DNA of 64,000 nt from Sphaerodactylus townsendi (Eukaryota): the NCBI RefSeq assembly GCF_021028975.2, contig NC_059428.1, forward strand, positions 90,396,001 through 90,460,000. Direction: 5' to 3'. The notes below the pieces were generated by a model that was not told where the DNA came from, searched no databases, and saw nothing but the letters and a program-made list of their open reading frames with translations. Below, piece by piece: positions 50,713 through 64,000 of the stretch. A program made the position numbers and the translations under genes. Position 1 is the stretch's first letter, and every line of letters begins with the position of its first letter.

Positions 50713-51699
50713 CAAATAAGTTTAATTTACTTCTGTGCCACAGCTTGCAGATACTGTTGCAACTGTGCACCTGTTGAACTCAATTTTCTTAGTCATTGGA
50801 AAAGACAGCATATAACTTCCAAGTTCAGGGTCATTAAAATGATATAATTTTAATGACAGTTCACTCATAATTTGACTGTGTGAATTTATGCTATTAGAAC
50901 CATTAGGCTCTTTTACTTTTGCTTGTGAATCTCAGTGAAATCTGCTGTTGCAACAATGATTGAGGTGCATTCTTTTTGGTAATTTAAAGTTTTTAAAGGT
51001 ATTTTTGTAAAATACTAAGATGGGGAAAACATGAATAAAAACAATTAAGGCAAAGCAAACAGAGTAATAATTTTGGTTGAAAGAGTTAAATTTCTCTCCC
51101 CCTCATACTTGTTTGCCTCTTAAAATTGAGGACCAAATGATAGAAATCCATGTTTTAGTCAAGAAAAGGGATTACAGAATTATATATAACATGGTATTTT
51201 TACCTCAGTATATAGAAACATTTAAGACAATGAAATTATTGTTTGTGAAAATAAAAATAATAAACTAAAAAGTCAAAAAAATTGGAATAAATACAATTGT
51301 TGAGGGAGTGACATAGAAAGAGAAGCTTGATCACCCCCCCACCCCACCCCCCCATGCTGCGCCATTTTGCGTTCCTATGCTTTCTGTCAATAAACTCTTC
51401 GGCTATGGCCAATTTTTTGACCCACATAATATTGTTGTCTGGCATTTTAATTTAAGGGTTGGAAGTTATGTTGCCTGAGCTCCCCCTAACTAAAGGCCAC
51501 AACAATTTAAATCGTCTTAATGAAACTCAGCAGCAATGTATTCCCAATTAGGCCTGGACCTCTGCATGCATTGGTAAAAGTACCATAAGGCTTGGAAACA
51601 AATTCTGTGTAATAATAACACTTTATAGTGAGTTCAGAGGCACTAAGAAAACATTCCAGGCTTCATGAATCATTCTTTTTAGTTTGTTTTTGAAGTTTA

Positions 51700-52055
51700 T
51701 TCTGTATAAACTGGCCCCCTTCCGCTGGCCCCTTTCGCTGGCCCTTCCGCCGGCCTCTACATCTGGGCCTATAACATCTATCTAGACCTACCGTTCTCCC
51801 TGGGGGTGGAAGAATTTAATATTAGGCACCGGGCGCCACCTACACCTATGCCTATATTTATTTTACATTTAAATGCTAATGTTTAGCTAGTTTTCGCTGC
51901 TTTTATAAGTTTTAGCCTATTTATGATGTTTTAAAATTGTATTTATTATCTGCTGTACACCGCCCAGAGCCCCTCGGGGATGGGGCGGTCTAGAAGCCCA
52001 AAGTATAAATAAATAAATAAATAAATAAATAAATATAATATAATATAATATATTA
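51700..52055 (+). mobile_element. L2-type 3' UTR/tail ending in (TAAA)n(TAATA)n
   Basis: tgtacaccgcccagagcccctcggggatggggcggt...(taaa)n. Confidence 0.65.
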
Positions 52056-53404
52056 TGGTAAATCTGTGAGTAACAGGGCAGCAACCATCCATTGGTTGTA
52101 ACCAGGTCCAGGACACTAAATATAGTAGCCCCCCCCCCCATAGTCCTGCGAATCCATGATAGAATCCACTTCATGATGCACATCTTCTCCAATTCACTTG
52201 GAAGGGGGCACTTCTAACCTTGGATGCCAATGAAAGGCCAAGGGTGCCTTTTTTAGCAAGCTGCAATGGAACACAGGATATATACCACGTATGTTCTTGG
52301 ATAACTCTAATTCGATTGCTACAGGGTTGATTACTCTTCACAATGAATTTGTGCCCCAGTTTTTGGCTCCCCTGTAGCCCTCTCAGGTTTTTTTTGTGGA
52401 CAGATAGGCAAAATCCTCCCTTTCATACACCATCTTTCGATGTTTCCTTCGCCTTCTGTAACGTCTCCCTTCACCTTCTGTAATGTTCCCTGAATGATTT
52501 TCCAGGAGTTTCATAGGTCCATGACCATGACCCACACCTGCAACTTTCCTGGCTCCTACCCCCACTGTTCCAACAATGGGAATGGCTTCCCCTCCTGGCC
52601 ATATACCACTTGAAAAGGGCTCTTGCCCATTCTGCTATGAGAAAAAAGTAGAAAGATCTTACTTTTACCACAGAGCAAGAATTTGAATGAAGGGAACAGA
52701 ATTTTCATTTTCCACTCATTTTGCATCATTCCTACCTATAATTCATTACTTCAGGAACTTATCCTCCACCTGGATTCACTTCTTATTTCAGTTGTGGGTT
52801 GGAAGAAAAATGTCTGAATGTGAGGAACAGTGAAGTATGGCAGGTGCCCACACCCAAGAGAGAGAAAGTGGCTTAAGCTCTCATCAATAAAATACCCTTT
52901 TTTATATAAAATGCAAGTCCTTCAATATTAAATGTTGTAGACATGGGAAGAACAAATTTGACCATCAAATCCAGTTTAGCCCAGAAAAGTACAGTAAATG
53001 CATATTTGGGGCAAGGATCAAGTTAATATAGAAAGGATGTTTGATGGTACAGTCCCTTAGGTTTTCACATATTTCTGTTCCTGAAAAAAAGCAAGGCCAA
53101 ATGTTTACTAAACAACTTCAACAAATGATGTGGATGAAAGTCAGAATCTTGGATTTCCTGAACTGGAACATCCATCATGCTATAAAAATGATCATATCAT
53201 GCAATTTCTTCTGTACAGATAATTAGTTACCTAAGTGTGCTTCTTCAAATTCTTGAGTGTTCAAATAATCAGTTGACTAGTTAGAAAACTCCACCAAATG
53301 AACAGATGATTAATCAAAAGAAAAGTATGAATGCACACAGAAGGAAATGTTTTCAGATATACATGTTTTAAGATTTAAAGTTATAAGTGTTTTCAATTTT
53401 AATG

Positions 53405-55150
53405 TCAACTCTAATATGAGGGGCAGGGAACTAGCTAAGATAGTGGTAGACAAGGAAGAAGTTCTGGCAGCCATTGATAAACTAAATGCTACCAAATCCC
53501 CTTGCCCAGATTGCATTCATCCAAGAGTTCTTAAAGAGCTCAAGCATGAAATTGCTGATCTTCTCACTTTAATATGCAACTTATCCCTGAAATCAGGCTC
53601 TATCCCTGAAGACTGGAAGATGGCCAATGTCACACCAGATTTTAAGAAAGGATCTAGGGGGGACCCGGGAAATTACAGGCCAGTCAGTTTGACATCTGTT
53701 CCTGGTAAATTAGTAGAATCTATCATTAAAGATAAAATTATTAAACATGCATAAAAGCAAGACCTGCTGAGAAAGAGTCAGCATGGCTTTTGCAGAGGCA
53801 AATCCTGTCTTACAAACTTACTAGAGTTCTTTGAGGGTGTAAACAGGCATGTGGATAAGGGGGAACCAGTGGACATTGTCTACTTGGATTTCCAAAAAGC
53901 TTTTGACAAAGTTCCTCACCAGAGACTATTGAGAAAACTCAGCAATGAAGGAATAAGAGGGGAAGTCCTCCTATGGATTAAAAACTGGTTAAGAAACAGG
54001 AAGCAAAGAGTGGGTGTAAATGGGAAGTTCTCACAATGGAGAGATGTGGGGAGTGGTGTCCCCCAAGGATCCATTTTGGGACCAGTGCTCTTTAACCTAT
54101 TCATAAATGACCTGGAAGTAGGAGTGGGTAGCGTGGTGGCCAAGTTTGCAGATGATACCAAATTATGTAGGGTGGTGAGAGCCACAAAGGATTGTGAAGA
54201 GCTCCAGGAGGACCTTGAAAAATTAGCTGGGTGGGCTAAGAAATGGCAAATGCAGTTCAATGTAGCAAAATGCAAAGTGATGCACATAGGGGCAAAAAAT
54301 CCAAACTTCACATACACGCTACAAGGGTCAGTGCTATCAGTCACAGACCAGGAAAGGGATTTGGGCATCTTAGTTGATAGTTCCATGGGAATGTCAACTA
54401 AATGCATGGCAGCTGTGAAAAAGGCAAACTCTATGCTGGGGATCATTAGGAAAGGAATTGAGAATAAAACTGCAAAGATTGTCATGCCCTTATATAAAGC
54501 AGTGGTGCGACCGCACTTGGAGTACTGTGTCCAGTTCTGGTCGCCGCATCTCAAAAAGAATATTGAGGAGATAGAAAAAGTGCAGAGAAGGGCAACGAGG
54601 ATGATTGAGGGACTGGAGCACCTTCCCTATGAGGAGAGGCTGCAGCGTTTGGGACTCTTTAGTTTGGAGAGGAGACGGCTGAGGGGGAATATGATTGAAG
54701 TCTATAAAATTATGCATGGGGTAGAAAATGTTGACAGAGAGAAAATTTTCTCTCTTTCTCACAATACTAGAACCAGGGGGCATACGTTGAAAATGCTGGG
54801 GGGGAAGAATTAGGACTAATAAAAGGAAACACTTCTTCACGCAACGTGTGATTGGTGTTTGGAATATGCTGCTACAGGAGGTGGTGATGGCCACTAACCT
54901 GGATAGCTTTAAAAGGGGCTTGGACAGATTTATGGAGAAGTCGATTTATGGCTACCAATCTTGATCCTCTTTGATCTGAGATTGCAAATGCCTTAACAGA
55001 CCAGGTGCTCAGGAGCAGCAGCCACAGAAGGCCATTGCTTTCACATCCTGCATGTGAGCTCCCAAAGGCACCTGGTGGGCCACTGCGAGTAGCAGAGAGC
55101 TGGACTAGATGGACTCTAGTCTGATCCAGCTGGTTTGTTCTTATGTTCTT
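53405..55150 (+). mobile_element. Young CR1 LINE, 5'-truncated, with intact 3' end
   Basis: Near-intact RT: KSPCPDCIHPRVLKEL, GNYRPVSLTSVPGK, VYLDFQKAFDKVPH, SGVPQGSILGPVLFNLFINDL, KFADDTKL, RPHLEYCVQFWSP. 3' end ...ctgatccagctggtttgttcttatgttctt. Confidence 0.97.
53410..54813 (+). pseudogene. CR1 ORF2 reverse transcriptase domain (one stop at ~53752, frameshift at ~54800)
   Basis: ORFs 53347..53754 and 53851..54813 (320 aa) are in the same frame. Confidence 0.93.
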
Positions 55151-58100
55151 CTGTAGGGAAGGCAGGATTGTGGCCCTTTTAGTATAAAAATGAATCTGAC
55201 CAGAGAACAGGTATTTCAACTTGCTTTGAAACTGGATTGTTACCACCTTTCAGTACATGTGCCTGGGATGAGCTCTGAGCATTCCTAGGAAATTACTATG
55301 AACTTTGCAGCCTAGATTGACTTGTTGGAAGGAGGTAGCACTTTGTAGGGGTGTGTGATGAGAAGAAAAAGAGGGAAAAAGCCAAACATTACAGTTTTGG
55401 ATCTGGGCTTCAAGGCAGGGAGGGGGGATTTTACCATGATTGTTTCATTTGGTGGTTAGTTCTATATTGGTTAGTTATAAAAATCCTGTATTTCTGCACA
55501 CCTGCATTGCAGACATTACTCTTTTCAGGACACTGCCACTTTACAGTGCCACAGGCCACCAACAAAATCACTTGAATTGCAGTTTTCTCTCTCTTCTCCA
55601 GATCCCTTGAATCCCAACCACATGCAGCAAAGCCATTCCATTTTACTAGTCCCCAAAAATGTAGATTATTTCTGTGCACATTCCCCTTTCTATAGTATAG
55701 ACTGCTACTTTGGGGAAATTATGGGGAGGACTGTCTGACTACTAGTGAAGTAGAGGAAGAAACCTTCTGGCTACTGTGTGTGCATGTATAACCCCACCCT
55801 TTATTTAGCAGAAAAGTAGGCTATAGTTGGAGACAACGAAAAATAGATACCCGGGACATTCGTGTCTTGCCTATGAATGCCAGTTTATCTCTTTATTTGC
55901 ATTCACAATTGAGCCTTTTTTTACTGTTCCTGGAAGAAGACAACTCACAGAAAAACCCAGTGGGACACTCTGCCCCATAAACACATAGTCCCCATGTTAG
56001 TTGTAGTTCCTCTTTTCCATTGTTTTAGGATAAGAAGAATTCCCTTGGGGAGGATTTAGATGGTTGCTACCACCATCTTGTTGACCATTTATTTTTCTAT
56101 CAATAAACCAATAAAAGTTGAGAACATGACTGTCTTCTACCTCATACTATATATTAATGGAATCTATGGTTCCTCCCTGGTCCCTTCTTAACAGTCCCAC
56201 AGCAGCCACTGTTCAACCTGGCCTTTAATCAGACCTCCCACCCACCCCAAGTTTCAAGCACAGACAACAGTGGGGCTCCTTTTCACCAGACCCTGAAGAA
56301 CTAGCTAATTTTTGGTGCACATTCACTTCCTCTAGCAGGGCAAGAAAGAATGTGTGTGTTGCACAAGTGGAGGCTGGCAGAAAGAGACTTTTTTTGATCA
56401 CAAAGTTTCAGTGCATAGTATATATAAGGCAACAGGTGGGGGCCATTATAATCTCTACCCACCAATAGTTTTGACAATGGGGAGGATTTCCAGTGGTGGG
56501 TGGATCCCTTTCCTTGTGACTTCAAGAAGTGGCACTTGAAGAGGCTTGGACACAGCTGGAGTCCAAGTCCTGGGATTCTCCCAAGCAACCATAGTAGCAG
56601 ATGCCACCAGTTTAGACTTGAGCAAAATTGTTTAAAAATCGGTAGAATTTGGATTGGGGTTTCTCAGGCTTTCAAATTATTGGGAAACCTGAAAAACTCA
56701 AATATCTGATCCAGGAAACTCAAAAATATTAGAGAAAAAAACTGGAAAAAATATTTTTACAGATGTGTTATTTTTTTACTGTTTTTATTTTCTGTCTTGG
56801 TATACATACTATGTGTTATGTGTTTATGTTCCATGACAATACCTCAGTTCTAAAAAAAACAGTAATTCCACAGGTTCCAGCTGAACAGGGTTTTTTTTGT
56901 CCACAGTACATCCACCAGAATAGTTCTATTTCCATTTATGACACTAAACGTGTTTTTGGTGCATGAAGTTCAGCAAACTGATTACATCAGATGCAACAAT
57001 CCAATTTGACATGCATTCAGCCACACCTGAATGCATGGCATTCAGATAGTAAGAGGTACACATGCATTCTATGCATTCTCTTTATGCAGCTTGTCTGTAA
57101 GGGTGATTGACTGGGAACACAAGATCCTTCCCACGATTCAATTCCCATGATTCAAAGAAGCATGCCATTGCCTGAGAATACAAGCAGATACAAATAACAG
57201 CACAAAATGTGAATATGCATGTTCCTGCTAGCTTGGTTTTGTTTCTCTCAGAATTCCGGATTCCTAATACCGTTCTAGGAACCAACATAACAACCCAAAA
57301 GAGCAATTTCTGTGTACATTTTAGCTTGGGATTTCTGCTACACATGCCTGCATTCTTCCTTTGCCAGACTGCATTCTTCCTTTGCCAGTGGAAATTACAT
57401 AGATTACATAGACACAGAAAGGTTCAACTACAGCAATACTGAGCTTATTTCACTCATGCCCTGCCTATGTTTGTTTGTTTAGAAAACTCTGTAGGCAACA
57501 CATGGTCTATTTCAGTGATAACTTTTAAATCAAGAGCTACTGTCATAATGAAAGAACATGTGAGATACCATTGTTTTGGGACAATGGCAACCAAGAATAA
57601 AAAGCATTCCATATAGTTTCCTTTGCTTTTTATGCTTACTAAAGTGCTGAGTGTGACCTTTATGGACGAGCCAGAGGACAAGAGCCAATAAGCTCACTAG
57701 CCACTGAGCTACCATAACTACAAACCACCTACAATTTGAAAAAAAGTTGTGATTATGCAGATTTAGTTGCTTAACAAAAATGAGCATCACCTGAACATCA
57801 TTGTCTCATGTCTCCATTTTGAGCTATATTGTACAATAGCTAATATTCAGTGGTGCTTACAGAGGAATGGATTTGCCAGTTGCCCAGTACAATCACAATG
57901 TGTGAAGAGTTGTTCCTTCACTAATCACATATTCAGTCACTTTACTGGACCATAAAAACTTCAGAGTTACTTTTTGCAATGGTACAGCTAATAGTTCTAA
58001 GAAAATAAAAAGCTCAGTGTAAAATCAAGGAAATGTTTTGTTGCAATTACATTAGTTTCCAACGCTGACTAACTTCTATGCATATTATGACGCCTTATGA

Positions 58101-59559
58101 ACACTCGTGGGAATTATAAGAAATCAAAGATAACCAACTTAAAGACTCTGCTGACACTGAACAGAGTGTAAATGGTATTTCAACAGATGATATTGGCAAC
58201 CGATGTTCAGCACTGCTTGGTATTCACTCTGGATGCTAATATGAGGCATTATTCATGTTATGCATATTTGGTATTTAAAGTTTCCCTACTCCATCCTCTG
58301 AGAATTAGAGCTGTGTCACCACATTTGAAATGGAAAATCTTTCCTTTGGTTAAAAAATGCTATTTTGCATGTAGATATGCTCCAAGAAACATATTTAGCT
58401 ATGCTGCTTAGAATTTCATAATTGGCAGCTGAGCTTCACAAGTTGCTGAAGCTATTCAAAGACCTTTAGTAATCTAGCTCTTTTTGAGCTTCCAAATAAC
58501 CTGAAAACATATTTCCTCACCATTTACATTTATTTGCTTGGTTTTTAAATGGATCATTGCTGAAATTTTGTTATTGTAGTACAGCATATGTGTTTGCTCA
58601 CTGAGAACTGACTTATTCTTCTTCCCTTGATTTGCAAAAAATATAAATATGCTATATGTTTACATTATATTTCAGTAATAATCATATTATCAGATTTCAG
58701 CAAATACACAGTGACCATCTTTACATGTGTACTTAAACTGAAGTAAAATCTTGAGTGTCCCATTGGGTTTGCCTGTGGGTGTCATAGGAAGCATGAGAAT
58801 TGAAATGAAATGTGACATGGGCATATAATGGTCATAAAATTTAACTGACATGCAATGGAATATAGTATTTGATCACTGAATTATTTAGTGTCTCTCCTAG
58901 TCTTTTAATCCTGATGCTTAAACAGCTGATGCCATAGTGCTTGTTAAAATAAAAATACACAAGAGATTCAAATAAATAATTGAGTCTGGCCAATTGCCTT
59001 CAAGTGCTACCTGGAAGAAAACCAAACAGGTTTTCCCAGTTCCTGCTATAAACAGCTTCAGCTGCAGATACAGACACTTCTGATTGGTTACCATTTTCCT
59101 ACAACTACAATAACCACCAAGGGTGGCACCTGGCTGAGGGGGAGAAGCAGTTTTTGTAGCCCTGGTGGATAATTTGTTATAACTTGATGAATGTGTGGTG
59201 AAATGCTGTCCCCCCTAGAATGCATTAAATTAATCTAACCATTGGGTTACACTGTATTCATAGCGTAAGAACCCTCTGGAAATCTGGTAGAGAATACAAG
59301 TGATGATGCATTTATCCTTCAAGCACAGACCACTCACACTCTTAGTTATGCAAATAGCAGGCTGGGGGCACAACAAAATGTTCACAATCTCATACCTTGA
59401 TAGTATGTCATGCTTAAATGGACAGTCATGGACAGCCATTTTGCCAGATATTATGCCCCAAGTCTGTGGAATGATCTCCCCCCGAGGTTCATCAAACATC
59501 TTCTTTATATGCATTTAGAAAACTAATAAAGGTGAACCAATTTTCCCTGCCCTTTGGCT

Positions 59560-59826
59560 GAAGAGATGGTTGTCCCCTTCTTGTAATACGAATTTTTAAA
59601 TAGGTTTTACGAATTTTTTAACAGGTTTTATGAATAGTGATAGGTTTTAATAGGTTTTATGGATTTAAAATAAGTTTTATTGTCGTATTGTCGTAACTCC
59701 CACCATGCCAGGGTACTGCTCGCTAACATCAGTGTATGTTGTAACCTGCACTGAGACCTTTGGTTATAAGGCAGGCTAAAAATACAGGTAGGCAGGCAGG
59801 CAGACAGACAGACAGACTGACTGACA
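59560..59826 (+). mobile_element. L2-type 3' UTR/tail with (GCAG/ACAG)n end
   Basis: T-rich UTR, then tgtaacctgcactgagacctttgg...aggcaggctaaaaata followed by a tetranucleotide repeat. Confidence 0.5.
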
Positions 59827-61609
59827 GTGTTCTATTTCTATTGAGATATGAAGATTGACATGGCTCCAAGGAAGGATGTACTCCCAAATGGAGATTATAA
59901 ATTCCAGGTCAAGGAAATAAAATTCTTCCATATAACTACTGTGGGAAAAGGAAGTGAAAGCAATTATAAACCTTTTTGAGACTTCTTAAGGTAGAGAAAA
60001 GTGAGGTATTAAAACCAACTCTTTTCCTTCTTTTTGTACTTTAGTGGAAAAAACCATACAGGATTAAGTTTTTCTGTTAGGATTTTACAACTGCCTGCTT
60101 TGTTCAGTTATTCAAGAGTTGACTGCTGCAGTATGTAGACAGCATACTAAAGTCACATGCCTAGAATTTTTACGGCAAAATTGAACTGGAGTGGAACTTG
60201 GATCTCACATACTGGCATAATTTTGCCCTATTTTGTGCTTCCGCATGTCTCCCCCCTTCTGTTCTACTTCTGCCCCGTAATGCTCCAGTTGTTTCTGCAT
60301 GAGCCCAGGGCTTTTGGAGTTGCACCACAATCCCAACTGTGCATGCACAGACAACCTCCATTTCCTGCATTTCCAGCATTCTGATTGACTGTTGTTTTAC
60401 AGGGCTGACTACAATCTGCACTGGCCCTTGTGGCTGAGAGCTGAGCGCTCTCGTGTTGCCAAACTTTGGGAGTCGTTGGTGGCCTGCATCAAACAAGCAA
60501 ACCCATGACAAAATGACAAACTCATGACAAGTCTATTCCACTTTTACTGTGGTGATGTCACGCCAGGGCAGCAGGGCTCATCACTGTCAGCTCTATCTTT
60601 TGCACAAAATGAGGGGACTCCCTGAGGTACAAACAGTTACAGACCTGACACTGGGGACAGCTTGAGTAAATGTCAGTGCCCTCAGTGCCAAGCCTCCCCA
60701 TGCCCCACTTACTCATCGGGGAGCTACCAGAGATGATGACAGCTGCCTTGCAAAACAGCAGGCAGCTCGACTGGGGAGCCTTGGCATGGAGGGAGCCGCC
60801 AGGCGCTGATCTGCTGCCCTCTCCGGCCTGCCTGCCAGGCATGGGGTCCATCCTCGGGCCTGACAGGGTGGTCAGGGAGACCAGGAGGGTGGTGCCCAGT
60901 GGCTTCCTCCATACCAGAGCACTGCTTACTGGCCAAGTCATCTGCTGTGTCAGCAAGCCTGTTGCCCTCCCCAGCTGTCCTGCCAAGCCTGGGAACTGCC
61001 TCCATGCCTGACAGGCAGGCTGGGGAGGGCAACAGGCCTGCTGCTGCATCAGGCAGCTCTGCCGGCTGGCAGCACTCCAGCATGGTGGGAGCCACTGGGT
61101 GCTGGCCAGGTTCTTATGCCTGGCCTCTCTTGCAGTGCGTTACACGTCAACTCCCACCATACCAGGGTACTGCTCACTAACATCAGTGGATTCAAACTGC
61201 CCATTTCCCCCCTTAGGGCCAACCTGGCTCATGGCCACCCCCACAAAAATGCAGCACCTATTGATTGGCCACCCCAGAGTAGCGAGGTGGGAAAATACTC
61301 CTATTTTGCTCCTGTTGAGTTTGCATGGTATATGGTTACACAGGGGTATTTGAAAAGAGCTTCCATTTTTGTGATTTTTGAAAGTTGCAGTGCAAAGGGA
61401 ATATTGCTGGGTAGCCCCAGGGTGCAGACCTGTGCAGACCTGCTGCAGCTCTGGGGACAGTGTGGAATTCTCAGCTGCACAGGGATATTTTTCATGCTCA
61501 CACTGGGACATTTTGACCATGCAAAAATGGCCTAAGTCACCAAGTGCTGCTGTTGTCGTCAATTCTGAACCAGTATCTTGAGGTCAAATCATTGAGGCCA
61601 TAAAATAAT

Positions 61610-62200
61610 GGTGCTACATATGATTTAGCAAAATTTCTGGCTGCACAGTTACAAATCCATATTGGACTCACCACATACTACATTAAGGACTTAGTCCACT
61701 TCTTAGAAAAATCAGCAATATAAAACTCAACCCCAATGACAAACTGATCAGCTTTGATGGGGTTTCCCTAGTTAACAAGGTCCCCATAGCAGACACCATC
61801 ACACTCATTAACAGGATTTTCCCTAAGGACATCACAGTTCTGTTTCAACATTGCTTTACTACAAGCTACTTCCAATGGGATAATTAATTCTATGAACAGA
61901 GAGATGGGGTAGCCATGGGTAGCCCTATTAGCCCTGTAATAGCAAATTTTTACATGGAACACTTTGAAAAACAAGCCCTGGAAGCAGCATCAAAAAAGCC
62001 CACTATATGGTTCCATTTTGTGGATGACACATGCCCAATTTGGAGCCACGGTGAAGAACTAAACAAGTTTCTGAAACATATCAACAATATCCACCCAAAC
62101 ATCCAATTTAATATGGAAAAAGAAAATGAGGGGAAACTACCATTTCTAGATGTATTAGTCATCCACAAACCCAACCAACAATTGGGCCACACAGTCTACT
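61610..62200 (+). mobile_element. Penelope-like retroelement reverse transcriptase fragment
   Basis: TYDLAKFL...LISFDGVSL..KVP...YEQRDGVAMGSPISPVIANFYMEHFE...WFHFVDDT...HINNIHPNIQFNMEKE.EGKLPFLDVLV, the Penelope RT signature. Confidence 0.92.
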
Positions 62201-62315
62201 GAAATTTTACAGTTTTATTTGTAATGCCCTTCATAATCTGACATCTATATATCTACAAGATCATATCTACACCTATGAATTCATTTATGATAGTTACAGT
62301 GGAATCCTAAAGAAA

Positions 62316-62839
62316 GGCCCTTTCCACACGAGCCATTTACAGCGGCCCAGGGATGGCAAAAATGCCATCCCTGGGCAGCTGTTCGCACAGGAGGCGCTGC
62401 TGGATTGCAGCAGCGCCATCCTGGCCGCCCAGGAGCAGCGTGAAGCCGCTCCTAATAACCTCGCTCGTTTAGCGAGGTTATTCTAAAATGCCATCTTCCT
62501 ATCGGCGCAGTGCAAACCGCACCACTGGGAAGACATGCTTTCTCTGTCCCCTCCACTCACCTCATCCTCCAGCATGCTCTGGAGGCTGTCAGGGACCTGC
62601 CCACACTGCCCTCTGACCTCCAGGTGTCAGAGGGCAGCGTGGGCGGGTCCCTGACGGCCTCCAGAGCGACACTGGAGGACGAGGTGAGGGAGGGAACACC
62701 ACTTCTTCTGCACCGCCACTTCTTCTGCACCGCCTTCTGCAGGACCGCTTGCACGCTCCTGTGCGAATGGCCCCCACTCCTCCACCGGCATAATTTTCTG
62801 CCGGTGGAGAGGCACCCTTTCCGCTGTGTGGAAAGGGCC
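62316..62839 (-). mobile_element. PIF/Harbinger-type MITE, same family as 49973-50484, opposite orientation
   Basis: Perfect 14-bp TIR ggccctttccacac / gtgtggaaagggcc. Same internal modules in reverse order. Nested in a short acagtggaatcctaa...gttactccagtctaag element. Confidence 0.85.
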
Positions 62840-62883
62840 CAAGTTACTCCAGTCTAAGTCCATTTATTTCAGTGGGCTTAAAC

Positions 62884-63250
62884 TTTACAGCTCTGGCCCC
62901 TGCCTGGTGGAACGCTCTACCTCCAGCTACGCGGGCCCTGCGAGATCTTAATGAATTTCGCAGGGCCTGCAAGACGGAGCTGTTCCACCGGGCCTTTGGG
63001 GAGGTTGGCCGCTGATGCCCCCCCTCTTTCTAAAATCTGTGGACCCTGCCGTTACCCCTCCCTCTTCTTTCCTCCCCCCCTCTTTTCTTAGGGGACTACG
63101 AGTAGGACGCCATCGGTAATTTTAATAGATGCTGCATTTTAATGGGGGTCGATTTTAACATATAGAGCCATATTTAATAACTATTTAAAATTTGATTTTA
63201 TTTGTGCTCTATCTATTTGTTTGTTCTCCGCCCTGAGCCCTTCGGGGGAG
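62884..63250 (+). mobile_element. L2 LINE 3' end (runs into gap)
   Basis: FTALAPAWWNALPPATRALRDLNEFRRACKTELFHRAF plus 3' UTR ending ctccgccctgagcccttcggggg. Same family as 44400-44750. Confidence 0.88.
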
Positions 63251-63384
63251 NNNNNNNNNNNNNNNNNNNNNNNNNNNNNNNNNNNNNNNNNNNNNNNNNN
63301 NNNNNNNNNNNNNNNNNNNNNNNNNNNNNNNNNNNNNNNNNNNNNNNNNNNNNNNNNNNNNNNNNNNNNNNNNNNNNNNNNNNN
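63251..63384. other. Assembly gap (N run)
   Basis: Run of n. Confidence 1.
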
Positions 63385-64000
63385 CTGTTAGTCTCTGCTG
63401 GAGTCCTCACATTTTTTAACCTACTGTGGAATAAGCTATAAGAAGAGAAGAGAATGCTTTGTCACTCCTTAATTTCCTTTTCTCCAGAAGAAGTATTTGG
63501 CTGTTTTGTTTGGATAGGCTTTTAATGAGGTTTGAGTTGGGTCACTGGAGGACTTTTGGAAGGAGTTTTTTTTTGTGCAGTGTTCACAATTTTTGTTGAA
63601 TAGGATATAAGTTAATTTGAAGAAAGTCTGGACATATTTTAAGTAAATAAATGACTTCTACTATGAATCTTAAAATAAACTTATCATATTACAAATTCAC
63701 ATTTAAGTTCTAAAAAGTGAGTATCTGCAAAGTTAGAAGTACTAGAAATTTTTGTATGGATGCATCTGAAATGAAGGTGAGAAATCTTTATATGATGAAA
63801 GCTAGCAGGATAGGATAGTGGCAGCAAGGAGGGGGAAATTTTAAAACAGGTGATGAATGCAATGGTAATAGAGTTGTGGCAAGACACATTTAATTAATGT
63901 ACTTTGTTGTCATAGTAAAGCAAACAGGAATATGTTTTTGTGCCCGTTTCTTCTGATTGAAAGTATATTTTGTTGGTAGATTTAGGCTACTGCTAAGTAT

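Noticed and set aside
53916-54554. 212-aa antisense ORF
   Set aside because: Shadow ORF opposite the CR1 RT; commonly open in CR1 antisense frames.
1-64000. Short ORFs (60-220 aa) in the six-frame track as host genes
   Set aside because: Apart from TE-derived ORFs, none shows recognisable domains. The many overlapping ORFs at 14750-16900 and 49750-50850 are expected from high GC and palindromy.

Overview
Vertebrate nuclear DNA, most likely a squamate reptile. A gecko-like origin is inferred from the SINE/MITE/CR1/L2/Rex1 repertoire. I found no recognisable host protein-coding exon, rRNA, tRNA gene or CRISPR array; the window reads as intergenic or deep-intronic sequence densely filled with transposable elements. 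LINE-type retroelements: two Rex1/Babar 3' fragments, a 4.3-kb L1 carrying the whole ORF2 region with a perfect 14-bp TSD, several CR1 copies of different ages, an RTE-X fragment, L2 tails and a Penelope RT fragment. Other elements: a solo LTR with a 5-bp TSD, a tRNA-derived SINE, hAT and PIF/Harbinger-type non-autonomous DNA elements, and a structurally canonical ~1-kb non-autonomous Helitron. The most notable unexplained items are: (1) a 2.3-kb GC-rich block with a hAT-like end and an exon-chain-like pattern, which replaces the middle of a CR1; (2) a twin-priming-like CR1 inversion; (3) a nested-palindrome hAT element; (4) a hairpin-loop micro-inversion between two MITE copies; (5) a 40-bp locally templated insertion. 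There are two N-gaps, and two segments show an indel pattern suggestive of long-read error. All calls were made by eye without database searches.
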